Shown: positions 46,806 to 57,365 of the stretch, in pieces
How positions within the stretch are numbered: position 1 is the stretch's first letter
Layout: every line of letters starts with the position of its first letter
Assembly: GCA_963772995.1 (NCBI GenBank)
Contig: CAVYZQ010000034.1
Coordinates: forward strand, 47,050-111,049
Length of the DNA: 64,000 bases
Reading direction: 5' to 3'
Source: an uncultured Chloroflexia bacterium
GTDB lineage: Bacteria; Chloroflexota; Limnocylindria; Limnocylindrales; CSP1-4
Program-made: the position numbers and the translations under genes
The notes under the pieces: generated by a model
What the model was told of the DNA's origin: nothing
Seen by the model: the letters and a program-made list of their open reading frames with translations, nothing else
Database searches by the model: none

Positions 46806-47710
46806 GGGCGCTGTTCCACCGAGCCGGCAAGCGTGGGCCGCGCGTCCTGGACGCGAATGGATCGGCCGTGACGGTCGAAGGCGTTGACGACCTCGCTGCG
46901 GCGCCGACCCTCGACCGGGTCGCCGTCCTGGCCCACTGGTCTCCGTCCGCAACCGTGAGCCGCTCCGTGACGACGATGGTCGCCGCCCTCGCTCGCGCCG
47001 GATATCGCGTCCTCGTCGTCAGCACGTCCGAAGTCCGCGGTCCACTCGAGTGGCGGGAAGGCCGGCCGACCGGGATCACCGTCCTCCGCCGCCCTAACGC
47101 CGGCTATGACTTCGGCTCCTGGGCAACGGCGCTCGACCGCTATCCAGCGATCGCCGCCGCAGAGCGTGTCCTCTTGCTGAACGACAGCATGGTCGGACCG
47201 TTCGCCACGATCGACCCCTTGTTGGCTAAGTTCCACGCGTCCCTAGCCGACGTCTGGGCGGTCACGGACACGTCGCAATTCGAATACCACCTGCAGAGCT
47301 ACGCCCTGGGCTTTCCTGGCGCGACCCTCCGGGAGCCCCCGATGCGTGCCTTCTGGCGGGACATTTGCGTGGAAGCCTCCAAGGACGACGTGATCTGGCG
47401 GTATGAGGTCGGCCTGAGCCGCCTGCTCCGCCGCGAGAGGTACGGCAGTGACGTGGCCATACCGTTTCGTCATCTCGTCCCCGACGGGAAGAACCCCACC
47501 ATCGTCGGGTGGCAGCGGCTCCTGGATCGTGGACTACCGTTCGTAAAGCGCGAGCTCCTGGTGCGGCCCCAGGTCGCCCCCGATGGAGCACTGGTGCCCG
47601 CTGTCCTGCGTCGCCGCTTCGACGTGGACGTTAGCGGAGTGGGTGTGATCGTGGCCCCCGGCGATCGCCCGACCGACCTTGATCAGAGTCGACGATGTCC
47701 CCACGGCTGA
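46802..47710 (+). CDS. rhamnan-synthesis protein F (RgpF)-family glycosyltransferase
   Basis: ATGA overlap with the upstream stop. VAVLAHWS..., RPNAGYDFGSW, LLLNDSMVGPF, WAVTDT..EYHLQSYALGF, LPFVKRELL. Confidence 0.7.
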   Translation: MRALFHRAGKRGPRVLDANGSAVTVEGVDDLAAAPTLDRVAVLAHWSPSATVSRSVTTMVAALARAGYRVLVVSTSEVRGPLEWREGRPTGITVLRRPNAGYDFGSWATALDRYPAIAAAERVLLLNDSMVGPFATIDPLLAKFHASLADVWAVTDTSQFEYHLQSYALGFPGATLREPPMRAFWRDICVEASKDDVIWRYEVGLSRLLRRERYGSDVAIPFRHLVPDGKNPTIVGWQRLLDRGLPFVKRELLVRPQVAPDGALVPAVLRRRFDVDVSGVGVIVAPGDRPTDLDQSRRCPHG

Positions 47711-49761
47711 GCCGGTCGCGAATCAGGTCGGTGCTGTCGCGATGGCGCGCCAGTGCTCGCACCCGTGCGCATCACGCCGTGCTCGCCGTAAATCCGGCGG
47801 CGTTCTCCGGCCGGACTGGATCGCCCGCGGACTTCGCAGCGTGGGTCGAACGCGGGCTGGGCTGGACAAGTCGTTTTCCTGACGAGTGGCGGACTCGCGC
47901 CGACATCCCTGTCCGGTCCCCAGCTCGGGTCGCGGTGGTGATGCATGTGCACTACCCCGAGCTGGTCGAGACGATCCTCGACCAGCTCGGATCGATCCCG
48001 GTCCCGTTCGACCTCATCGTGACGAATTCGAGCAGCAGATGTATCGCCATCGATCGGCTGCGCCTCCCGGGCGCGTGCGCCATCGTCGTCCTCGACGTCG
48101 ACAACCGCGGCCGCGACATCCTTCCGCTCGTCGGCCTGGTCAATGCGGGCTTGCTCGACCCGTACCAGCTCATCCTCAAGGTACACACCAAGCGCAGCGC
48201 CTGGCGCGAGGATCACGCGGAACTGCCGGGAAGCGGGGAGGCGTGGCGCGATCGACTCCTCGGCGACCTGCTCGGCGATGCCGGTAACGTCCGCGCGATC
48301 ATCGACGCCTTCGCCAGGACGCCTGACCTCGGACTGGTCACCGGTGATGGGAGTCTCCTCGGTGCCGACTTCTGGGGCGACAACCAGGCGGTCACGGCGA
48401 GCCTCCTTCGCCGCCTGGAGCTCGATCTCCGGACGAACGAGCTCGCCTTCGCGGCTGGATCCATGTACTGGATCCGGGGTTTCGTCCTCCAGGGTCTGCG
48501 GGCTTTCAACCTGTCGGCCGTCGACTTCGAGCCGGAGGCCGGACAGGTCAACGCCACGACGGCGCATGCGCTGGAACGGGTCATCGGCATCGTGGCGCGC
48601 GAGGCCGGCCTGGACATGATGGAACGGTCGGCCCTCCCGACTCCAGCGACCGACCCGGTCGACTGGACGCGATTCGATCCGTCCCAGGCGCTCCGACCGC
48701 GAGCCCGGCTCGTCCCGTTCTACCTGCCCCAGTTCCATCCGATCGACCAGAACGACCGGTGGTGGGGCCGGGGGTTCACCGAGTGGAGCAACGTGGCTGC
48801 CGCTCGTCCCGTCTACCTCGGACATCATCAGCCCAAGCTGCCGACAGACACGGGCTTCTACGATCTACGCGTTGAGGAGACGCTCCGCCTGCAGGCCACC
48901 TTGGCCCGGGACGCCGGCATCGCGGGGTTCATGTACTACCACTACTGGTTCGCTGGGCAAGAATTGCTCGAGGGACCGATCCGCTCGCGACTGACCGGCG
49001 ACGTAGATCTTCCGTTCTGCTTGATGTGGGCCAACGAGAATTGGACCCGCCGATGGGACGGGCGCGAGTCGGACGTCTTGATGGGCCAGCGCTACGAGGA
49101 GGTCCCTGCCGCGGCATTCATCGAGGACGTCCTGCCGATCCTGCGAGATCCACGATATCTGCGCATCGATGGACGGCCACTGATCGCCATATACCGGCCT
49201 GCCCAGATCCCGGACACGCGGCGGGCGATCGCCACCTGGCGTGCGGCTGCCCGACGTGAAGGGATCGGCGAACTCTTCGTGATGAACGTCGATGTGGTCA
49301 AGGATTTCGACGGCGTCGACCATGCGACCCTGTCCGACTGGGGCTTGGACGGCAGCCTGGGCTTCCCGCCCCATAACGCGTTGTGGGACTGGTTGCCGTA
49401 TCAGCACGTCGGAGCGGTGCCGGGGTTTGGCGGCAGCATCCTAAGCTACCGAGCCCTGGTCCAGGACGCGATCCGGAAGCTTGAGGGAGGGACACCGGAC
49501 CTGTACTACCCAGGAGTCATGGTCAACTTCGACAATACCGCCCGACGGCAGACCTCGCCGGATATCTGGTTCGGGTCCAACCCGTACACCTTCCGGCGAT
49601 GGCTGGCGTCCGCCGTGGCGTCGGTGGCGCACCGCGATCCTGAACACCGTCTGGTGTTCATCAACGCCTGGAACGAATGGGCCGAAGGCGCCGTGCTCGA
49701 GCCAAGCGACCAATTCGGGTCGACATTCCTTCAGGCGGTCCGTGACGTCGCCTTCGGGTGA
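47695..49761 (+). CDS. fusion protein: RgpF-like domain + WbsX-like (GH99-like fold) glycosyltransferase domain
   Basis: N-terminal half: VAVVMHVHYPEL..NRGRDILP..KVHTKRS..FAAGSMYWIR. C-terminal half: LVPFYLPQFHPIDQNDRWWGRGFTEWSNV..GFMYYHYWF..MWANENWTRRWDG..FINAWNEWAEG. Confidence 0.75.
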   Translation: MSPRLSRSRIRSVLSRWRASARTRAHHAVLAVNPAAFSGRTGSPADFAAWVERGLGWTSRFPDEWRTRADIPVRSPARVAVVMHVHYPELVETILDQLGSIPVPFDLIVTNSSSRCIAIDRLRLPGACAIVVLDVDNRGRDILPLVGLVNAGLLDPYQLILKVHTKRSAWREDHAELPGSGEAWRDRLLGDLLGDAGNVRAIIDAFARTPDLGLVTGDGSLLGADFWGDNQAVTASLLRRLELDLRTNELAFAAGSMYWIRGFVLQGLRAFNLSAVDFEPEAGQVNATTAHALERVIGIVAREAGLDMMERSALPTPATDPVDWTRFDPSQALRPRARLVPFYLPQFHPIDQNDRWWGRGFTEWSNVAAARPVYLGHHQPKLPTDTGFYDLRVEETLRLQATLARDAGIAGFMYYHYWFAGQELLEGPIRSRLTGDVDLPFCLMWANENWTRRWDGRESDVLMGQRYEEVPAAAFIEDVLPILRDPRYLRIDGRPLIAIYRPAQIPDTRRAIATWRAAARREGIGELFVMNVDVVKDFDGVDHATLSDWGLDGSLGFPPHNALWDWLPYQHVGAVPGFGGSILSYRALVQDAIRKLEGGTPDLYYPGVMVNFDNTARRQTSPDIWFGSNPYTFRRWLASAVASVAHRDPEHRLVFINAWNEWAEGAVLEPSDQFGSTFLQAVRDVAFG

Positions 49762-49797
49762 TCGCGCCCGATAGATTGCTTCCATCCGCACAAGCGA

Positions 49798-50787
49798 TCA
49801 GCCCTCAGGGCGCGGCAGCTCGATGGCCTTGCGGGCGATCAGGAATGTGCCAGAGGCAAGTTCGAACTGCTTCTGTTCATCAAGCTCGGAAACGTACGAG
49901 CGTGACATCTGATCGACCGTAAAGGTGGTCAGATCCGCAACCGTCAGTCGCAAGAATTCGTCGCGGGCAAGCTCAGACAGACCGGCGATCCATGCATTCA
50001 GGATCCACGACACGGTCCATGCGGGGTGGAAGTAATGCGGAACCCCGTGCTCGACGATTTCGAGCTTGTCCTCGAAGAGTCGCCGCAGCCCCTGCTGCGT
50101 CATGTTGAAATAGTGGTGCGGGTACCCGTGGTAGGGCTGCAGGAATGGGACGGCACAGTAGAGCATGCCTCCCGGCTTCAGGACCCTCGACATCTCATCG
50201 GCCGCTGCAAATGGGTCTCGGACATGCTCAAGGACGGCGTTCGATAGCACGACGTCGAAGACATCGTCAGCAAATGGCATCTGTTCGACCACGCCCAGCA
50301 CATCGGTCGTCGGGTACGGGACCACCTCATAGTTCACGACGTTCCTGAAATAGGTGCGGCGAAGCCCGGAACCGGCGTCGAGAATCCAAACATCGGGCCG
50401 CCCGTCGATGACGTCCTGGACCCTCGGGTCGTAGTCATTCGAGGAAACGGCGGTCGTGTCGACGATCCCGGCCGCGATCGCGATCGCGGCCGGCAGGTCA
50501 TCGAGTGCCCCGGATTCGTGTAGCAACAGTCTTCGGTCAGGTGCGAGCAGATCCGCGGCAAGGATGCGGTGAATCTTCTCGGCCTTTGCCGCCCTGACTC
50601 GCGAGGCGAAGGACAGCCGACGATCCTCTGTGTGCCCGATGTCCTCGAAGTGCTGCCTTCCACTCTCGACAAGGCCTTCTGCCAGCGCCGCAGCGACATC
50701 GGGGTTGGCCTCAAGGTAGGCGGCTTCGTCGAAGCCTTCGGATGTTGCCGGAGTCAGATACTCGACCGCATTGTCTGTCGGGTTCAT
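49798..50787 (-). CDS. class I SAM-dependent methyltransferase (Methyltransf_11-like)
   Basis: WILDAGSGLRR (motif I), FDVVLSNAVLEHV, LKPGGMLYCAVP. ATGA overlap with the upstream GT4 stop. Confidence 0.75.
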   Translation of the reverse strand: MNPTDNAVEYLTPATSEGFDEAAYLEANPDVAAALAEGLVESGRQHFEDIGHTEDRRLSFASRVRAAKAEKIHRILAADLLAPDRRLLLHESGALDDLPAAIAIAAGIVDTTAVSSNDYDPRVQDVIDGRPDVWILDAGSGLRRTYFRNVVNYEVVPYPTTDVLGVVEQMPFADDVFDVVLSNAVLEHVRDPFAAADEMSRVLKPGGMLYCAVPFLQPYHGYPHHYFNMTQQGLRRLFEDKLEIVEHGVPHYFHPAWTVSWILNAWIAGLSELARDEFLRLTVADLTTFTVDQMSRSYVSELDEQKQFELASGTFLIARKAIELPRPEG

Positions 50788-51881
50788 CGACGGCCACGCT
50801 CGATCAATCGCTCAAACATCGCCTCGTAGGCAGCTGTGACGTCGTCCCAGACGTACCTCTGGCCCGCCCGTCGCCGGCCCTCTTCGCCGCGGGCGATGGC
50901 ACCTCCCCGATCGAGATCGTCGGCCGCAATCGCTGATGCGACTCCGGGGGCATCACGGAAGTATCGCGCAGCGTCCCCCGCGGTCTCTCGATTGAAGACA
51001 ACGTCGTAGGCGATGACCGGGGCGCCGGCACCCATCGCGCGCAGCAACGAGGGATTGGTGCCACCGACCGAATGCCCATGGAGATAAGACACGCAATGCC
51101 CGTACAGCTGGTCGAGTAACTCCTGATCCCAGATCGCGCCGAGGAACCTGACATCCGGTCCAGCAGAACTCATGACCTGCGCCCGATAGGTCGATGCATG
51201 CCGGCCGGACCCGACCACCATCAATGGCACCGACGCCGCGGACAAACCGTAGCCGTCAACGATCATCGCGAGGTTGTTCTCCGGTTCAAATCGAGACACG
51301 ACGAGATGAAATCGCCCCGAGTCGAGCCCGATCCGTGGGAGCAGGTCCGCCGCAGGTCGGAGGATGGGTGCGCCGTAGGCGATATACGTCGGCTCGCGAC
51401 CATACCGACTTGAGACGTACTCCGCGATCGCCTGCAAATCAGCGATAACGTCATCGGCAAGCCAAACGCTCAAACGTGCCGCCGCCCGGAAGTACGCTCG
51501 CCCGAACCGGCCCCACTTGGCGCGTTCCGCATCCAGCCCGTCGAAATGAACGACGGTCCGAATGCCGGCTGCACGCAGGATGGGCACGAACGGTCCGTTG
51601 GCCGGGTTGAACAACACCGCGACGTCAGGGCGGTTCTAAATCGTCGCATGGATTGTGGAGAGCGCCGTGTGCGACAGCGTCTCGAGCGACTTGGACCGGA
51701 TCGCTGGCAGGTTGACGAGCCGCATTCCGCGGTAGTTCGCCAGATCCTGACCTGGGTTGCGGCAATAGACGACCACATCGTGGCCGGCAGCCGAGAGGCG
51801 CGAGCCGATCTCTTCCGCCGCGGTCTCGAAGCCGCCATACAGAGCCGGAACGCCTCGCGTTCCCATCAGAGCGATTCTCAA
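50784..51881 (-). CDS. GT4 glycosyltransferase with DUF1972-type N-terminus, interrupted by an in-frame TAG at 51636-51638
   Basis: (L)RIALMGTRGVPALYGGFETAAEEIG..VVVYCR.. HATI-TAG-NRPDVAVLFNPANG.. runs in the same frame. C-terminal half: EPENN..GSG.., LHGHSVGGTNPSLLRAMGAG. Confidence 0.7.
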
Positions 51882-52025
51882 GTGCCAGGCAGCTTGGCTG
51901 AGGAGTGACAATTCAGGCCAGCCATGAGGTCCACCACCCAGTGCTGCGAGGCGGCCGTCCAGGCGAACTGGAACATCGGCCGCGAGCGTCTGTTTGCGCC
52001 CCACTTGAGATCGGCGTGTGACTGA

Positions 52026-53414
52026 CTACCACTTCAGTCCCAAGTTCGCCAATACGCACAGCCACATGGCGAGGCCCAGGAGGCCCATTGGAATGGCGGC
52101 GCGGCGCGGAAGCGACGACCCAAGACCGACGCTGGCCGCTGCCAGGAAGGGCAGACCGTAACGCACAGAGACGCTGTGGCCACCTAGATAGCTGATCCAG
52201 TAGATCGCGACAAGTACGACAGCGGAGGTGGGGATCGCCAATGCAACCGATCGGAGCACCATCACGCTGCGCGGGTCTGCATCAATTCGCCAGAGCCATG
52301 CGCACAGACAGGCGCCCAGGATCGCGAGGACCAATACCTGGCTGGCCGCGGTCAGCACAGGGCTCGTTTCCAGAACTGAGAATGCCGTACCCCAGTCGGG
52401 GCGCAATAACGTCGCCAATTGCTGGGCCGTACGATCTATCGGACCAAGGCCGCTTTGCAGTGACACGTGAAAGCCACCGTCTGCTGGGGCGCCGGTGATA
52501 TTGCGTGCTTCTGCGAGAGCCCCCCACAAACCGGCGCCCGCGGCACTCAAGACCAGGGGCGAAGCCACTGCGGGCCCTATGGTCAGAAGTCGCCTTGACG
52601 TCTGCCAGGACGAGGTGCGTCCCTCGAGGGAGATCCAGCGCACGAGAAGGAGGCTGGAGCCGAGCAGGCCAATCACGACGAAGTTCGGCTTTGTCAACCC
52701 TGCGACCGCACCAACGAGCGTGGTGGTCAGCACGGCGCTTCGCCAAGTCCGCGGCAGTATCGCTGCGGCGATTACTCCGGCGGCTCCGAGGAACGCCATT
52801 GAGTCGGGAGTGATCGTCGCCCCCATGCTCACGGATAGCGGCGTCGAGGACGTCGCGAGAATCAGGCCTCCCGCCGCCAAGGAGGAGAATGCCATCCGTT
52901 GCGCCACAAGCAGCAGGAACGCGGCTCCAAGTGCGTAGAGAGACGAAGACATGATGCGAGTGGCGGTGAAGTCTCCCGCCCCGACACTGCCCAGGATGGC
53001 CGATCCAGCCGCCGCGAAGCTGTAGTAGACCGGCCCAAAAGGTGCCTCGTAGTTGACCCCTTCAAGGGGAATCCGCAAATCACTGGGTGAGTTGGCTTCC
53101 CCGCAGAGCGGAGCGATGGACCAGAACTTGTCCACAGGCCGACACGCCCACGCTTGGATAGCCTCTTCCGAATATCGCTCGCCAGCTCGGACGGGGAAGT
53201 TGCCTTTGTGTATCTGCACGACGTAATCGAAGTGAGCCGCTTCGTCGTATGGGCTGAGGGCTTTGACGTGTACGGCAAGAGTCGCTGCCATTGCGAACAC
53301 GAGCACGAATAGGACCGCGGGAAGCAGGAAGGACCGCCAATGGAAGGAGCCGGGCGGACCCACGCGGATAGTCCTTCGCGTCGGTTCTGCCCCCGGAGCG
53401 CGACCATCGATCAT
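52026..53414 (-). CDS. polytopic membrane protein, GT-C-like (DUF2142-like) candidate glycosyltransferase
   Basis: Intact 462 aa with more than 10 TM spans. The first loop carries SPYDEAAHFDYV (acidic D-E..H motif after TM1, as in GT-C/DUF2142 proteins). Confidence 0.5.
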   Translation of the reverse strand: MIDGRAPGAEPTRRTIRVGPPGSFHWRSFLLPAVLFVLVFAMAATLAVHVKALSPYDEAAHFDYVVQIHKGNFPVRAGERYSEEAIQAWACRPVDKFWSIAPLCGEANSPSDLRIPLEGVNYEAPFGPVYYSFAAAGSAILGSVGAGDFTATRIMSSSLYALGAAFLLLVAQRMAFSSLAAGGLILATSSTPLSVSMGATITPDSMAFLGAAGVIAAAILPRTWRSAVLTTTLVGAVAGLTKPNFVVIGLLGSSLLLVRWISLEGRTSSWQTSRRLLTIGPAVASPLVLSAAGAGLWGALAEARNITGAPADGGFHVSLQSGLGPIDRTAQQLATLLRPDWGTAFSVLETSPVLTAASQVLVLAILGACLCAWLWRIDADPRSVMVLRSVALAIPTSAVVLVAIYWISYLGGHSVSVRYGLPFLAAASVGLGSSLPRRAAIPMGLLGLAMWLCVLANLGLKW

Positions 53415-53486
53415 CGGCCTTCCAAGTGGGGTCCGCTGCTATCGACCATGATAATTCGGCCGCCCGCTGGATATGTTGCCCAGTCA

Positions 53487-55371
53487 TTAACAAGGCGCTG
53501 AGACCTGAGACTCATCTGACAGTGGTATGACGGCGAATTCGAGCGTCAACGGGGCTCCACTGCCTGGAGCACCAGGCCGCGGCCCGATCGTCAAGGCAGC
53601 CGGCGGAGGCCCAAGGTTCAGTGGTCCGCAGTAACCGGGGTCGCGCGTGGCCCCAATCACATTCGGCTCGGAGGCCGTGCCCAACGGAATACGAGCTTGC
53701 GACTGGCCGTCGGACACAGTCCACGCTGGGCCGCGATAGGCCAGAATCTGGAGTCGAGTCATCAGGTCGCTTGCCACTCCGAGGACGCGCACTGTCACGA
53801 TCCCGGCAGGTAGGCCGGGCGGCAGACTCGTCGCTTCGTCGGCTTTCGTCGTCACGGCGGCGATCGCAACAGGTGCGCCGCACCGATTGGGCACGCGCCC
53901 CAGAACCTGCCAGCCCTGGCCCGTGGCGAGAGGCACGTAGCGACAGAGCATCTCGATCTTCGCCGTCGGGGCATCGAACCAGACACCACGCCCGTCAATC
54001 GCGAGGGGTTGTGTCGGCGGCGTGATCCAGAGGATCCTCTCGGGCGCGTCCGTGCCTGCCAGCCAGGCAGCGTTGAGTTGGTCGAGACCGGCGGTGTACG
54101 CGGAGTACGCCTGGATGACAGGCTCTGGGTCCCACTCGAATTCGGGATACGCGTATGCGGCTGCAGTCTCCCAGGGCTCGACATGGACGGTTCGACCCGT
54201 CAACTCGGCAAGCGCCTGCTGCGGCAGGCCGTACTGACTGCGGAGCGACGCCGCGTTCGCAGCGGCCGTTTCGGGTCGATGGAAAAGGGCGGCGTTGATC
54301 TCGGACCTGAATGCTCCGGCGCGGCCGACAGGGTCGAGCAGCGTCGTGATCGGTATCGCCAGGATCGCGAGAAACGTCGCGAGGAGGCCGGCGACGGGGA
54401 TTCCCGCCGCAGCCCAAGAGCGGGACTTCGGGACGGCGATCGACCACATGGCGAGAAGTGTCGCCACGTAGATAGCGACACCCACGCCCGCCCTGGTGAA
54501 GCCTGCCTTGTACTCGGCGAATAGAGCAATAGCCGTGATGAACCTGAGGACCTGGCGGTCGCGATGAGGCATCGTCGACGTGCGATGCCAGATGAGGGCG
54601 ACGAGTACGGATGTCGCAAGCAGCGCCACGCCCGAGGACCAGCTCGTCTGCGGGTCGTCGGCGCCCATCGTTTCGCTGTAGCCAGTCGCGATGTCGAGCG
54701 CCGTCCGGAAATAGGCGGGCACGTCTCCGAGGTGCTGGCCGGCGACGAGCCACAGGCCCACGAATGCGACGACTGCGCTGGAGAAGAACGCCGCTAGCGA
54801 CATGCCAGGTCGGCGCGCGGTCGCCACGACCCCGATCGTGGCGATCGTCAAGGCCACCGCCGCGATGTTGAGCTTGCCGAGGGCGGCGATCCCGATGATG
54901 ACGCCGAGGCCAATCGCGAGCGGGAGACCGGAGGGTCGCGCCGAGCGGCGATAGAGGGCCGTCGCGACGGCCACGAATACCAGGACGCCGAAGAGCCGCC
55001 ATCCGGCGATCCACGGGAAGGTGAAGGCCACCAGCAATACGAGGATCGTGGCGACGGGCAGGCCGACCGATTGCCGAACCAGGTGCAGGAATGTCAAGCA
55101 GGCCGTCAAATGGACTGCGGCCACGAATGCCAGGGCGGCCGCGCTGGTCCACGCCACATACGGTTCGGGCCAGCCAAGGAATTGCAAGTGGTCCGAAGGT
55201 AAACGCGATGTCCTGACCGAATTGGAGGCCCTGCCGGGCCGCCAGGTGCAGGCCCACGATCCACGATGTATCGACTCCGATGGTGGCTGGTGCGTCGGCG
55301 ATCGGCCACGTCACGACCGCCATCGCCGACCCGACCAGGACCTCAAGCGCCGAGACCTTGGTGCCGGCCAC
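53487..55371 (-). CDS. large polytopic membrane protein of the glycan cluster (function unknown) with one frame break near 55190
   Basis: GTG 55371 gives VAGTKVSALEVLVG...GVDTSWIVGLHLAARQGLQFGQDIAFTFGPL. This joins ..FLGWPEPYVAW.. of ORF 53487..55187. About 12 TM spans plus a ~230-aa C-terminal extracytoplasmic domain. Confidence 0.55.
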
Positions 55372-55682
55372 CTCGAGCGCTAGACCGCGCGGTACGACCC
55401 AGCGATCCAGGAACCGTCGGGACTCGGTCCCCGATCCGCGAGGCAGCGCTCTGAAACCAGTCGACGCATGGAGTCGCCCACGCCCGAATACCGGGAGGTC
55501 GCGTAAGGTACTCAGGAATCGAATCGGTCAGCCCTCATGCCATCGATCGTCCGCGCCCAGCCATCACAGGGAGTCTATATGCGCTCGCACTGAGCGTCGG
55601 CAACCGCGATCGGAGAGCCCGAGTGACCTGCCTCGACGGTCCCCGGTCAGCGATAGCGTGGCGGCTGCAAATCCCTCGACCG

Positions 55683-56615
55683 CTAACCGAGTTCACGCCG
55701 ACGCAGCCCGACCATCGCCTGGGCGGATAGGACGCCCGACGGCACCCATTCGACGATGTCGAAGCCCGCGGCGTCCCAGACGCGGCGCATGAATTCGACG
55801 GGAATCGCGGCCCATCCGTAGAAGTCGCCCGTCCGCACGCCCCCGCCGCCGGATCCGGCATAGACGGGCTCGCCTCGGTTGAACATGGCGTGCGCGTCCT
55901 CGAGGCTCGGAAACAGAGTCGCCAGCGCGTAGGAGAACGTCGTTGTGTCGCCCTCGGCGACGGCCACCGTGGCGCGTGCTAATTGGTCGAAGAACGCGCT
56001 GTCAATGACTGTGACGAACGCCATCCCCCCCGGCAACATGATCCGCCCGAACTCCATCGCCCAGGCCGTGTGGGCCGCAGGTGAGAGGTGCGAAAAGACA
56101 CTGAATGCGAGGACTGCTTCTGCCATCTGGTCGCGGAGCACGGTCGGTGGGAGAGGCGCGACCGTCAGCGCGTTCACGCCGGGGAGCGTAGAGCCAACGA
56201 GAGCGGTCATCTGGACGTCCACGTCGAGCGCATATACGGCGGTCGGTGGCACATATGCAAGGAGGAACCTTGCTATCCGACCCCAACCACTGCCGAAGTC
56301 CACGATATGCGAAGCGGCCTGGAGGCTCTGCTGTCGGTGCCGGATCGACCATTGTTCGGCGACCCGGACGAAGCTTGCGGCCTCCGCGAAGGCCTCTAAC
56401 TGTTCGGACCCCACGAATGCGACCTGGACGGACGTCGGGGGATTGGGCGGCGGAGCCGTGAAGACATCAACGACGGACGGCATGTCGGCCATGATCTCCC
56501 CCGAGGCGAACGAGTGGATGAGACCGTCGATGTCCGGACCGGCCTCAGACATCCCCGCGCGCCCCTCGGCGACTTCCTCGGTGACTCTGTTCGCTCCTGC
56601 TTTGATATCAGCCAC
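55683..56615 (-). CDS. class I SAM-dependent methyltransferase
   Basis: HIVDFGSGWGRIARFL (motif I), AVLAFSVFSHL, MLPGGMAFVTV. GTG 56615 overlaps the fabG stop TAG by 1 nt. Confidence 0.7.
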   Translation of the reverse strand: MADIKAGANRVTEEVAEGRAGMSEAGPDIDGLIHSFASGEIMADMPSVVDVFTAPPPNPPTSVQVAFVGSEQLEAFAEAASFVRVAEQWSIRHRQQSLQAASHIVDFGSGWGRIARFLLAYVPPTAVYALDVDVQMTALVGSTLPGVNALTVAPLPPTVLRDQMAEAVLAFSVFSHLSPAAHTAWAMEFGRIMLPGGMAFVTVIDSAFFDQLARATVAVAEGDTTTFSYALATLFPSLEDAHAMFNRGEPVYAGSGGGGVRTGDFYGWAAIPVEFMRRVWDAAGFDIVEWVPSGVLSAQAMVGLRRRELG

Positions 56616-57365
56616 TACATCATCACCAGGCCGCCGTCCACGCCGAGGACCTGGCCGGTGATGAACGCGGCCTCGTCGCTGGCGAGGAAGGCGACCGCGC
56701 TGGCGATCTCCTCGGTCGTGCCGAAGCGCGCGAGCGGCGTCCGGTTGACGATCTCGTCCTTGAGCGCATCGGGAAGGTCCTGGGTGAGCTCCGTCAGCAC
56801 GAACCCCGGCGCCACCGCATTGACGGTGATCGACCGGCTCGCAAGCTCGCGTGCGCTCGCCTTCGTCAGCCCGATCAGCCCGGCCTTTGCCGACGAGTAG
56901 TTCGCCTGGCCGGTCTGGCCCGCCTGTCCGGAGACCGAGGTGATGTTGACGATCCGCCCCGAGCGTGCCTTGAGCATCGGCCGGGTCACCGCCTTCGTCA
57001 TCCAGAACGCCCCGAACAGGTTGGTCTCGAGGACCTCGCGCCAGGCCTCCTCCGACATCCGCATGATCAGGTCGTCCCGGGTGACCCCTGCGTTGTTGAC
57101 CAGGATGTCGATCTTGCCGAACGCCTCGATGACGGCCTTCACGACCGCATCCGCCGCGGCCGGCTCACGAGCGTCGCCCTGGACGGCGAGCGCCCGGCGG
57201 CCGAGCCCCTCGACGATCGCGGTGGTCTCGCGCGGCGGCCGCGGCATTGCCCTTGTACGTGAACGCGACGTCGGCGCCCTGGGTCGCGAGGCGCGTGGCG
57301 ATCGCGCGCCCGATCCCGCGCGAGCCGCCCGTGACGAGCGCAACCTTGCCGGTCAGGTCGATCAT
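56615..57365 (-). CDS. fabG: 3-oxoacyl-ACP reductase FabG with one frame break near 57235
   Basis: MIDLTGKVALVTGGSRGIGRAIA..(break)..ILVNNAGV..NITSVSG..YSSAKAGLIGLTK (S-Y-K triad)..VNAVAPGF. ATGA overlap with the fabH stop. Confidence 0.85.

Noticed and set aside
51636-51638. In-frame TAG read as pyrrolysine or programmed read-through
   Set aside because: There are no pyl genes or PYLIS-like context in the window. TAG is used as an ordinary stop by several neighbouring genes (fabG, LCP, TPR gene). A nonsense mutation or a base error is far more likely.
53128-53136. Perfect actinobacterial-type DnaA box TTGTCCACA
   Set aside because: It is a single isolated copy inside the coding sequence of the GT-C-like membrane protein, with no neighbouring boxes or AT-rich stretch. 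This is compatible with chance.
55372-55682. 310-nt gene-free, lower-GC stretch between a methyltransferase and the large membrane-protein gene; looked for a gene remnant or small RNA
   Set aside because: There are only very short ORFs (29 codons or fewer) and no repeats or conserved motifs that I can recognise. It may be a decayed N-terminal or leader region, but nothing is supportable.
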